Shown: in pieces, positions 13,152 to 25,535 of the stretch
Layout: every line of letters begins with the position of its first letter
Position numbering within the stretch: the stretch's first letter is position 1
From: Auanema rhodensis
Lineage: Eukaryota > Animalia > Nematoda
Length of the DNA: 64,000 nucleotides
Direction of reading: 5' to 3'
NCBI GenBank assembly: GCA_964057225.1
Contig: OZ059894.1
Coordinates: 16,120,001 to 16,184,000 of the forward strand
Made by a program: the position numbers and the translations under genes
The notes under the pieces: model-generated
What the model was told of the DNA's origin: nothing
What the model saw: only the letters and a program-made list of their open reading frames with translations
Database searches by the model: none

Positions 13152-13528
13152 AAATATATATTATTTTTTTATCTATGTTCGTAATTTCAATGTAATGAAT
13201 GTATCATTCTTTTTTTTCTTTTTTTTTGCAATCGGGGGGACAATGTGTGGGACGGGTTGGAAGAAAAATGAAACTGGTTCCAGAAATTATTTTAAATTCT
13301 GAATGACAGTCCTTCGCTGTATTCTGTGTAATAGAAGACCAAGATGAAGGATAAATCTTCATTTCTCGGGTGTTTTTTGTCTGGATTTTTATTTTAAAAT
13401 TTCGCTGGTCACCGCAGTCGCAAATTCGCGTCACATGTGCGCTTCATCGCTGATTCAGCTCCGACGTTCATCTTCCTAGCCTCTCGTATTCCCTTCAAAG
13501 GAATACTTACACATATTTTTTATTTAAT

Positions 13529-14372
13529 ATGAGTGATCGTTGTATTTTCTGTGGATGGAATCGTTCCAATTGTTATAAGGACATCAAATTTTTCGCTTTA
13601 CCGAAAGAGCCTGGTCTTAAACGTCTTTTGTGGATGCATGCTGTTCAAAAAAAAGTAAGCATTAATTAAATTAAGTCGATGTGTTTTGTTTTTAGGTTAT
13701 TAAAAGGCACGATAAAATTTGTAGTATTCATTTTCGACAAGGTAGACCTTCAAATGATCCTTCTCACGAAGATTTCATACCTCATTTGTTCTTGAATCCT
13801 GAAAAAACGTCCTCTGAGGTTTTTCGGTTTAAAAAAATTGAATTTTATCATTTAAATGTAGGTTCTTTCCTATTTGGAAAATGAGGATATGAATGATGCT
13901 CCTGCACCAAGAAAGTCGAATGAGAAACAGGGTAATATTGTGTTTCGATTAAATTTGCTTGTCATGTGCTCATTTTAATTGATGTTGATAGGCCCCAATA
14001 ACATCAATTTTCAGATACTAGTCCACCAGAAAACGATGATACTTCCGCCAATAATAAAAAACCAAATATTTTGAGAGGCAAGAGGGTAAAAAGATTATTT
14101 TTTTGTTTATTGTTTTATTATTTTTGTAATAGAAGTGCACAACAGTGATAACTGCGAGAATACTTGAACCGGTACAGTTTTTTGTTCACAAACTTTAATA
14201 TTTTCTGTTTTTAGCGTTTAGAAGCTGGTGTCAAAAAAGTTTGTGTGGTAAAAAAGCATGTAATGCTCTCAACATTTTCTAGTCCTAATTTAATTATTGC
14301 TAAGGATTCTAGAAATCAAAGTAAGTTCATTTGTACCTAAACAGCATGATGTTTTTATTCTCAGAGCTATAG
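13529..14372 (+). CDS. THAP zinc-finger protein
   Basis: MSDRCIFCGW...FFALPKEP...LWMHAV...ICSIHF...FIPHLF shows the C2CH THAP signature with conserved P, W, F and P. Confidence 0.85.
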
Positions 14373-14609
14373 CCATATTGTTTTTCAAACGGTGTCTATA
14401 TCATATTTGTTTTAAAGCAGGTACCTTATATTTGAACTAACTTAATGCATTACGGGTGTTAAAATGCTAGTCTCTATCGAATAAAGCATTTCTTCAATAT
14501 ATTATTTTTACTTATTGAGTTTTTTTCTCATTTGATTATTTTACCATTTTCTATTTGTATCACTTCATTTTTCTGGAAAATTCTTAGATGCTATCCTAAA
14601 TTTCTGAAG

Positions 14610-17600
14610 ATGGATAAGACTGGTGTAGTCGCTATGCGACTTTTTGCCAATTGGGAAACCGATCGTGCAAGTTCTAGTACTGTTCAACGGTTAGTTCTCA
14701 GGTTATCTGATAATATGATCTAATGTTTGTTCTAATGCGTTCAACCATATGATAGCGTAAGATAGCTAAAAAATAATTTTTTTTTTCAAATTTTCACGGT
14801 TTTTCACTTGATCGAAATTTAGTGTGTTTACCCTGGGAATTAATCGCTTGGAATTAACATCCTTTCCAGTATCTGTTCAAAGTATCGTATTAACCGCTAG
14901 GCTAGAGGTATGTTTGAGTTAATCTGTATATTTATATTTTTATTCCATTTAGGGCTATAAACGGACATTGAGATGTAATGATATTACAGTTACTCCTGAA
15001 AATGGGAAAGTAGATATGGACTTAGATATATCGTTTAACATTCAGGTTTAATATTGCTTTGTTTTATTTAATCAGTTATATTCTATTTAGTACCCTCATT
15101 TTTTGAAGCGAGGGCGTAATATTCTACAGATAATGGTTCAACGACGTAGGAAGTATAAGAACAGGCCTATACCAGGCGGTTTCAAAACTGTAGCTATTGG
15201 TTAGGAACATGATAATATATATTATAAATTGTTTGAACTGTTCAGGAATGATTAATCTTTCTCAGTTGTTGCAAATGGGCCATTTACGTGAAATAACTCT
15301 GTGGAATGCTGAGGACTCCTCAAAGGAAACTACAGCTAGTAATATTAAAAAATTAAATATATTTTTTTATAACCACAATTATTTCAGTTCACAGTGTTGG
15401 ACGCTTATTTTTATCGTTTTGTCAAACTTCACCTTTGGATTATGATTGTGATCGTGAAGGAAGAACCGCTAAAAAATCGGGTCAAGAAGGAGATATAACC
15501 GAGGTTTGAATTCATATTAACGTTTCTAAGTATTTTTTTCTGATTTTAGGAGGATTCTGAAAGTGATTATGACGAAATGGGCATTGATAGTGAGATAATC
15601 GAGCCTTCAAGCACTAGAAACGGGAATAGGAATCGTGATATGAAAAGTAAATTAGTTCGAAGAAAGAACTTGAAACAAAAACTTTCTAATTTATTGAGAA
15701 AGTTTAAAGTTCCCGAAGATGAGGTAAAAAAACCTTTTTAATCTATTAAGCCTTGTTAATCGTGTATCTAAGGTTTTGGAAACTAGTGCTGTAGCATCAG
15801 TTTCTAATGCTCCTACGGCTAAGGAAATTGAAGCTATTTTCGAAGAGTTAGAGGAGATGAGTGATTCAGGTAATTTTAAAATTTGCTATGCCTATTGTAT
15901 CTTTTTTTTTACAGGACCCGAGATTGGCGGAGATGATATTTCCATTGGATCTAATCCCCGTCCTGCTTTGCGTCCTTATTTTACCCATTCTCGAGAAGTG
16001 CTCCCGGCTATTTATGATAATGTGAGCCATCATTTTTGATTTATATTCTCATGATGTATGTTTAAGGATGGCGATGTAGGTTCGGATAGCGAAAACGAGG
16101 AACTAGACTGGTCATCAGAGGAAAACACAAAAGATCACGCATATCGACTAACTCAGAATGTGGCAGTTTCTAAAACATCGCAATCTTATTCAAATAATAT
16201 GGTACGAATTGTGGAAATGTTTATGTTCATTGTGGGAAATTTTCAGCAGCCTGTATCAAAGGCACAAACAAAAGTTTCCTCAACAAGTAGTGCTCCTTTA
16301 ACCGGAAGTGGTCTTTTCTCAACAGTTCCGCACTCTCAAACAATTTCTTCGATCTCTAAGAGTGAATTGCCTCTATCCGAATCAGGAAAGCTCTCTGTTA
16401 TTTTGGACAAAGTTGTTTATGGATTTTGAATGGGAATAATTGTTCTCTTTCAGCTCTCTGGATTACTTTCGTCTGATTTACCACCTTCTTCCGTATGGCT
16501 TTGCTCTTGCGAAGGCTATCACCCCGAGTTTGCAAATCTACCTCTTGTGGTATGCAATACTGCAGCTTTAGTTAAGCAAGCGTTAAGCCAAATAATAGCT
16601 AAAATACATAACTTGTGAGTTTTCGATTGGTGACGTTCATATTTCTGCCATTTTAGTTGTAACAGTAATTCTGTGAATCCACCTACGACTGTTGTTGGCT
16701 TAATAGGAAATGACAAGTTAATTAGTCAGGTATGAATATGAAATATGTATGAGAACTAGTAATTAAATTTTCTATATGCAGGTTCTTCGGGCATATGTTG
16801 ATTGTTTACATCATAAATCATCGAGTAATTGGCTTCAATATTTGTGTTTTGTGATTGTTCCACCGTCTAATTCGTTAATTGGAAGACTAATATATGGTAA
16901 ATCAAAATTGTTATGCTTTTATCTAATTCAAGAAAGTTCAGGTGTTGATAGTGAGTTTGATGAGCTTTGTAGAGATGTATGGGAACGATGGAATGATTTA
17001 TCTAGTAAAGAAGTCAGTAATGCTGTGGAACGACTAGAACAATGTAGTGTAAAGTTTGAATCAAAAATTCCTCTCCCTATTGGAGAAGCCCTTCTACAGC
17101 TTGGTGATACACATGAGGTTTTTATTGCAAATATGTTTGTTTAATAATATTTTTGGTTTTCAGATGGAGGCTAAATCGGTCTTTGTTCCATTTTTATCTG
17201 AAGTTAGAGTTGGACAACTTGAAGAAGAATATGATCTAACTCCTAGAAGCCATGATGAGAGTTTGAATGTCAAAGAAACTAACCAAGGTTTGGTGAAACA
17301 TTTTAACACACTCTTTGTTTAAACATACAATATGTTTTATTTTTGCTAGCTGTTTTGCAAGCAAGTTTAAGTTTATTATAATTCTTGTTCAGGAAATAAT
17401 TCACCTCCCTGTAGTCCTCATACACGATTAGACGCTCGTGAGATGAATGTGGAATATTGGATAGGCAGAGAGCATTCTAACAATGTAAATTGAATATTTT
17501 TATTTATTTTTCAATATTAAATTTGTCTGTTTAGGAGTCTGTTCTTTCTTATAACACCACTCCTAATTCCAAAAAAGATCATAATAAAGGATCTTTAAAA

Positions 17601-18083
17601 ACAGCCTTTCGTAGTCTTATGATATCACGGTAAAAGCTTTGACAGATTCAATTAGGAACCTTTCAATTTTAATTTAGGTCTCTCAATCATCAACTTCTCT
17701 CTCTAAGCTTTATTAAAGAAAAAAGAAAAGAGAAAATGCTTCAGAAACTTGGAATGAAGAAAGGACAAGTATTAACACATTTCCTATAAGTTTAAATATA
17801 ACTTCTCATTAAGAAATCCGACATAGACACTGCTCCCATCCAGGTTTTGGGAGTAACTCGCTTGCTATGCAGTGGATTGGGAAAACACAGCGACCTCTCA
17901 GGTAAACTTCCACTTCAACACTCTTTCATTCTCATGCTTGAGAATATGTATAGTTTATATTTTGAATCTCAAAGCATTGCAGTTTATGTGGATGGAAATG
18001 TGTTCCATTGTGTACGATACTTCCAGACATCAGCTCAGTGGCAAACACATGTCAAATCGTTCCCTATATGTTTCTTTTCTTAG
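14610..18083 (+). CDS. pacs-1: PACS-1 sorting protein, many exons
   Basis: [49 protein letters not shown], acidic middle region, C-terminal [22 protein letters not shown]. Confidence 0.92.
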
Positions 18084-20242
18084 ACCTTGCAGCTAGTTAT
18101 TAATCATATCTGTATATATTCAAAATCCCACTTGTTTCATAATTACGGTGTTCCTTTGCGTTCTATCTCCAGGTGCTTAAAGCTTTTGTTCAACTTCTTC
18201 TCAAGTTCATATTGTGATTCTCTTGCTCTCGCCGCCCCTTTGTTCTAATATCAATCTCATAAAAAAAGCAATCTTCGCCTAATCCGTATTAGAGTTTCCC
18301 ATTCATTCCCTTGTCCTATATGCTTGTGATGCTAGTAATATCTTTAAGTTTGTAAGAATGTGTCAATATAGCTTTCTAACTCGTACACTTAAAATAATCT
18401 CGCTCCTACCTAATCTTGTCGTCTTATTCTGGTCTATATCTTGTTTATCAATGATTTAATTTTCATTAATGTTTTAATTTAATTTAAAAAATATTTATTA
18501 GTAACTTTCTCTCCTTGAAATTTGCTGCTTTTTCCTTTTTTTTCCAGTTGTTAAACACTGCCCCTGGAGATTTGACTCGACTTTTCGATAGTTTTACTAT
18601 TGAATGTGTTAGTTAAGCTTCATCATATTTGTTCTTATTTCTCTTTTTTATCGGATCTTGTTCATGTGAATTGATACGAACATAAAAAATATGTCATTCT
18701 AATAATATTGTTGTTTATCTTCTACATTTTATTCCTTTTTTCTCTTTGATTCTTTACTGCTCATTCTTTTAATCATATTCAGTTTTGGTAAACAATCAGT
18801 GGCTTTTTATCTACTCTTGCGATCAAATACCTTTCCAGGACCATTCTTCCTTTAAAAATGTTTTTTTGGCCCGGTTATATTGAGCATCTTGGCTCTTCTT
18901 GACAAAAAATACTTCTTAAACACTACAGAAGAAGAACTGACAGAATCAAGCAAGGGTCGAAGAGACTAAAAGCGCTAAAAGCTTTGGATCTCTGTCAAAA
19001 AGCTAAGTGACTTTCCACTTTAAGAATCTTCTTGCCGCCGTTTATACGTATTCCCTGAAGTATCGTTAAAGCCATATCGTGAAACGAGCCTACGAAGATC
19101 TATGCTTATTTGTGAAAAAATTTTTTCTTAGAAGAAAAAGATAGTTGTGTATGGTGAGGCCAAATGTTAGTCCACAAACAAGGAGTTAATCCAGCATTTG
19201 TTTGGTTATTTTTAGATTAACAAAAGCAATATGCTCCTCGGAATATCTGCTTCATTTTTTATTGTTAAAACTTTTCGCTCACATTCCTTATGCCTTCATG
19301 GAAGGCATATGTATAATAGGAAGATTCGCTCTTGATATTTGATTTTCATGCACTCTTAAGTTTTCACTCAATCTTCAACTACATTAATACGTTCTCACCT
19401 ATAGAACATATTTTCAAGAGAATTTTAATGTAAAAAACATCTCTTGTCACTTATATTATTGTACTTATGATGTCATATGATGAATATTTTGATGTAAATC
19501 TATAAACGTTATGATTAATTGGAAATGTTCTAATTTTGTTAAAACGGTATTAGCAGAAGTTGATTGTTTCTTCGAATGTTGCCTTTATTATCGTTTCGCA
19601 CGCAAGCTTCACGCGAACTTTACGTGATAAGTGTTCTTCAGTTTTGTTCATGTAAGCGATTCTAACTGTTGTATACTTCCATATCCCCATGTTTCTCTCG
19701 CTCTGCTTCTTCATCTATTCCGTACCTTATATCATACTTAGTTTGTCCTTTGTCTTCTTGTCGAAGCTCATTTGCTTTTTAGTTCTTTTTCATAAGGAAC
19801 TAAATCGAAGAATAGAAGAGTGACGAATACGCATATGCGTCAAGTTGTCCGTCAAGTTGTCCAACTTTCCTGCTAACGTTTTCTTCCACCCGGTTGTCTA
19901 TCAGTTTTCTGATGACGATCTTCTTCAAGTTGAAACTTTCCAGCTTTATAAAACATATTTTTGTGTTGCCAAATAGATTTGATAAAGTGCCAAGAATCAT
20001 CTTAATCATAAACAAGCAGCTTGGAGCCATAAACGTTTAGGAACTGAACGAATAACTAAGGAGAAAAGTTGTCTCTTTATACCCAACCACCCTAGCCTTC
20101 CATTCTGTTTCAATCCAGCAAGTTGGAATAATCTCTCAATATTTTGTTGTTTGCTTTTCTGCTCTACCTATTCTCCTCCTCTTTACTTTGCATTTTTTTA
20201 CTTTTATATGTATGCTAGACAGCCCAAGAAGTTCAATGTTGT

Positions 20243-20258
20243 GGGGGGGGGGGGGGGG
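20243..20258 (+). repeat. Poly-G tract (G16)
   Basis: 16 consecutive G. Confidence 0.95.
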
Positions 20259-21608
20259 AGAGAGAGTAAGAAACCAGCAACGAAAACATTTCAATTTACT
20301 CCATCTCGTTTCTTCCTTTTCGCACTACTGAAGTCTTTCCCTTCTTCATTCATTCCATTTGCCATCGTCACCATCGCTTTTATCTCGTTTCTTAGTCTTC
20401 ATAATGTTTTCATGGATCTTGTGTCTCTTCAGGCTCAGAATCTTCTTCATTTTCATCATAAATGCTACTTATTCATGCCTCTTTTAACATTGTCTATTTA
20501 AGGTTTCCGATACATCAACGTCAAGAACTAGTGATGTCAAAGATTTTATTTGGATTAGTCAGGTACATCAGTTATTTTGAACTCTCTCACACGTTTTGCT
20601 CTACGAATGAAATATACATAACTAGAACTTATAATAACTATTTGATTTATTGATTTTTGATTTGATTTCTAAGAAATAAAACTTTATTGTTTCTACTTTT
20701 TCTTTCAGTTCAATATTACATTTCAGGGATTAGAAGGGAGAACAGGCAGACGACTTCTTTCACACATTTCAAGCATCTATCTATTTACACATTTTCTCTC
20801 CATTTGGTAATTTTCGTATCAATTTTTAAATGAATCAACCAAATACTCTCATCAAATAAGTCATTTTAATTATTTTTCTATGAGAAAAAAGTAATTTAAG
20901 TTAAATAATAGTATGAATTATTAGTTAATTATTACATTTATAATCGTAATAATTATGAAGTTCAATATAAGATTTCAATTATAATGTTGTTGTTATTTTC
21001 TCTCTTTCTCTTTATTTTATATTTTTCTTTACAAAAATAATTTCTAAATTACTTTATTATGTTTCTGCATGTAAAACAATTTCTTCTTTCAGTTTGAGAA
21101 TTCAATATTCGTTTATGGCAAAGAGATTCAGCTGCAAAACCTTTTCAGGTAAGAGATAGAGTATGAACACTAAAAAGCAGTTAGTACAATCTTTTTTTTC
21201 ATTTACTATGCTGTTTTTAAGTTATATACTACCATATATGTATATATATACATATAAATTATAAAATATATATTATGTGTATATCTAATAATTTTTTGTC
21301 AAATCTATTAAATAAATTTTTTTTTTTGGAGATTACTCTCACTACGCTGATTTCTTTGCTTTATTCAGCCATCATATCATTCCTTTTTGCTAATAAAAGG
21401 AGATTACAAATGAAGACTAATTCGAAAGATTTGTGAATCCCATCGGATATCATTGATTCTTCACAATGCATCTTCATCAGCTTTTCGAAATATTAGAAAT
21501 TTTTTGAAATATTTTTCTCATATTTTAACTTTATCTTATTATTATTATTATTAGTTTTTTTTTCTGCTTTGTTTTTTTTTAAATAATTCTTCATTTTTAG
21601 ATTAGCAA

Positions 21609-22386
21609 ATGTCCTCCGCTCCTTTGCCTATAACAATGCATCCTGAATCAATTTTCAATGAACAGTTACCTATTGTAAGTTAACTAATATTATATTTTAT
21701 TATTTTTTTTATCTATGTATGTGTTTATAAACAGAACTTTTTTCAGAAAAATACTGATCAAAGAGTTACGTTATTCAATTTAGTTCTAGCGTATGCTTTG
21801 GCTATATCATTAGCTGTACTATTATTAGTTTTACTATATGGCTATTTGAAAACTCGAGATATGAATAGAAAAGTAAGATTTTCTAATAATTTTAAAATTT
21901 TCTATTTCTAAACCATAAATTTTGAACAACACATCAATTGAGTAACAAGAGAAATAATGTTTTCTTTTCGTTTTGTGAATCTTCCGAAAATCCCTTTAAG
22001 CTCTATGAGAAAAAAAATGTATTCTCTTTAAAAATTTAAAGTTTATGGATGTTTTCGAAAAAAAAATATGATAAGTTGATTCATTTTTCATCTCATTCGC
22101 GAAATTTTTTTACAACATCATACACAAATATGGTGATTTGGAATAAAGCAGTAGATGTTTTTTTTCCCATGAAGTCAAAACACATTCAATTCTCTTTTAA
22201 TTTGAAATATTCATACTTCAAACTAGACATTCAAGACAGATTCAAATATTTTTCTAATAAAAAATATTTGTTATTTAGGATCGGGTGATGTGTGAAAGCG
22301 AAACCGTTGAATCGGGCTTGGAAAATTATCCTATTCATAGCAATTTTGCTTGGACAGATGGATATGATTCAATACAACGTGTATGA
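21609..22386 (+). CDS. Small (99 aa) single-pass membrane protein, three coding exons
   Basis: Three phase-0 exons with canonical sites: MSSAPLP...LPI / KNTDQRVTLFNLVLAYALAISLAVLLLVLLYGYLKTRDMNRK / DRVMCES...SIQRV*. Confidence 0.75.
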
Positions 22387-22780
22387 TGAACTGTTTTCTC
22401 AAAGCATAAGTTTTGTTCTTTAATGCTGGTCCTTTCAATATTTTTTCTTTGAACTATGGTCTTTAAATCAAAGAAATATTATGTCTTATACAAAGCTTCC
22501 TCGTAAGCAATACTTTGGCAATGCAGGTAACGATGATTACGGCCATGTGATTTTTTTGTTTTAATTTATGTTTATCTGCATTTTCAAACTTTTTTTTTTG
22601 TTTTTCTTTTTAACCATTATGCAGGAAATGTAAAGAATTTATTTTAATATCTTATTTAATATATGTTATTTATAAAAACAATATAAACATACAAAATATA
22701 TCAAACTATATAAGTAAAGCTCTTTAAGTGACTGAACTTGAATTTGTTTTCTAAACGAATGAGGTTAATCAATGACATTT

Positions 22781-25311
22781 TCATAAACTTTCTGATTTCA
22801 ACCAAGGTCTTGGTGCATAAAAGGTTGCTTTATCTATTCGATTAACACTAGCATACCTGAAAAGAGAGAATTATTGGCATTTCTTAAATAAAATCTATAT
22901 CAATTAATTATTTTTACCTTGCCCTTAATAAATCATAGAAAGGATAAATATAATCTACTAGCATCTCTTCAGCTACATCTTCGAAATAGATTTCATTCAA
23001 AGCATCTCTACAATTTTTCTTTTTTTCTTTTAAATTATCTTCTTCTTTTACCTTAGTTCTGTTATAAGTTTTTCTACTTTACTAATTGAAGTAGAATAAA
23101 CTTTTCCAACAATATCAACATTATAAGGATTGGAAGCTCCTAGTAACATCTGGGATGATTGAAGCCAACCATTTTCCCTGAAGAGGGAAAATTCATTTTT
23201 AGTTGCACTTCAGGCGAAAGCGGTTGTACGGCTTCATACATTTTCAATAAATTCAAAGTTTTCATTTACCTGTTATGAATCCATGTAGAATTCTCATAAT
23301 AAGTTTTAATCTTTTCATATGACCTAATAGTGTCTCTTACTTTATATCCTGATAAAATAAAAAAATAAAATAAAATAATTATAATATTCATTTACTAACC
23401 TGGAAAACGACATTTATCAGTTCCTGAGAGAATTAAACTAATATTTGTATTTTTAGGACAATTCAAATTAATTGCAATTTCTTCTATATCTCTTTCTAAA
23501 TATAGATCTTATATGAAAAATTGCATGAAAAAACAAACGAACCGACAATGACAAAGTTTTGAAGAATTTTGATATTTAGTGCCAGTGAGCTCATAGAAAC
23601 GGGAAATGATTCACAAAGTGAAGCAAAATGATCATATCTAAGAATATAAATATATCTTATTATTATTATTTTATATTTTATCTTATATACCTTTGCCATC
23701 CTGTTACTATGAACCCATGAAAATCAGGGAAAATAGCTGAATATTTTACACTTTGTAAGAACCTAGAAACAAATATTTTTATTTATTTTAAAATTATTAT
23801 TATTACAAACCATTGTTTATTATTTTGTACATATGGTTTCATTCTATTCCAAATTTTATTGGCTCCGTCAGCTCCTGCAAACAGATTAAAAGTTTTTCTA
23901 GAAGAAACACTTGAATATTACCCTTGAAAGCACTGCCACCCCATACTTGATTGAATGATTTAGAGAGTTTTGTCCACATTTCTGTTGGAAGATCCTATAT
24001 AGGGAATGATATATATATATTGAATTAATCTTATAGTAACCTTATCCAAGTTTTCAGTGTATTTCCATACTACTGGAACAACTAATTGATCAAGTTTATA
24101 TTCTCTTATAAGTTCTGGGGAACTTGATTTCAATTCATCAAACCACATCAAAACCTTAATATGATCAAAATTTTAAATAAAAACTATACAAAAAGAAATA
24201 ATAACCTTTGTACTAGGGAATTGGTCAGAAATGTTTTGAGCTAAATTCTGAATATGATTGAACTCCAAGCGTTTTGTGTCATTCTTGAACTGCTCTGTCA
24301 ACTTTATTTTATCTGCTTCACAAATTCCAATCTAGTTTGAAAACAATAAAAAAAATATTTGTAATTCTATAAATTTACTTGATAAACTTCATCTGCTCCT
24401 ATATGGAAATATGGCATTGGATATTTAGAATGAATATCCAATACTTGATTGATCATATCTAGAATTAGTTCACGAGCTTCATCATCTCCAATACATGCAA
24501 CCTTCAATATAATTTATTTTTTGTTTAAATTATATTTGAAATTACCATTGGATAACGTGAATCTTCTCGTAAATGCATAGAATTTTCTGTTTTTAGTATC
24601 CATTCTAAGTGACCTAATGTTTGAATCAGTGGAATGACAGTTAAGCCGAGACCATGAGCACTAAAAGTATTCCCTTGTCAAACTTATTACTTGGACAACT
24701 TACTGATCCAAAATGTTCAATGTTTCCTCCAGAGTATAAGCATTTCCGTTCTTCATTCGCCCCAAACGGCCAGAATACGGAAACATGTCCTGAATAATCA
24801 TGTTTTCTTCAAATTCTCTTAGATTTTTCATAATGTTTCAAGCTGACGTTATTGTTCTGACCTCCCATTCAATAATAACTCCGGTTGCTCCAAGTCTGCT
24901 GATACTATTGAGAAGATCCATGAAATAAGTTGGCCGCGGTGGAGCTCCTATGAAAAAAACAGAAAAATCTTTGTAAACTATACCAAAAAATGTTTTTTAT
25001 TTATTTTTTTCTAGTATATTCACAACAAAAACATATGTTGTGTATAGATGTTCGCCAGAGAAAAATATAGGAAAACTATTGAAATTCCACACCTTTGAGA
25101 TCAATATGGATTATGACATCTTTTGGCATTCGGTTTGTAACAAGTTGACATTTAGAAATCTGTAAAGTTCAACAGGTTACTGTTTGAAAAAAAAAAGAAA
25201 TTTCAATAGAATATGGATTTCATTTTGAAAAGCATTAAAACGTTCACAAACCTGTATAAAATTGTAAATATGAAGAAGAATCAAACCTGAAGACCAACTC
25301 CACCATTTCAT
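22781..25311 (-). CDS. GH20 beta-N-acetylhexosaminidase (HEXD / nematode hex-2 to hex-5 type)
   Basis: IHIDLKGAPP, GATGVIIEWEDMFPY, IPLIQTLGHLEWILK, catalytic FHIGADEV; hydrophobic N-terminus. Confidence 0.92.
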
Positions 25312-25516
25312 TCCTAGTTTGACTTGAGCAACCTGGAAAAGAAATGAAATTTATGAAATGCTGTCAAAAAGAAAAACAAAGAAGAAAGTAAGAAAACAGA
25401 TTAAATTGTCTTTTCATACAGACATTATGACAAATCAGTTAGTAAAGGTATGAATAGAAAGAGAATGGTCAAAATGAAATAGATGTTACTGGTATAGATG
25501 GGAGGACAGATCAAAA

Positions 25517-25535
25517 GGGGGGGGGGGGGGGGGGG
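25517..25535 (+). repeat. Poly-G tract (G19)
   Basis: 19 consecutive G. Confidence 0.95.
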
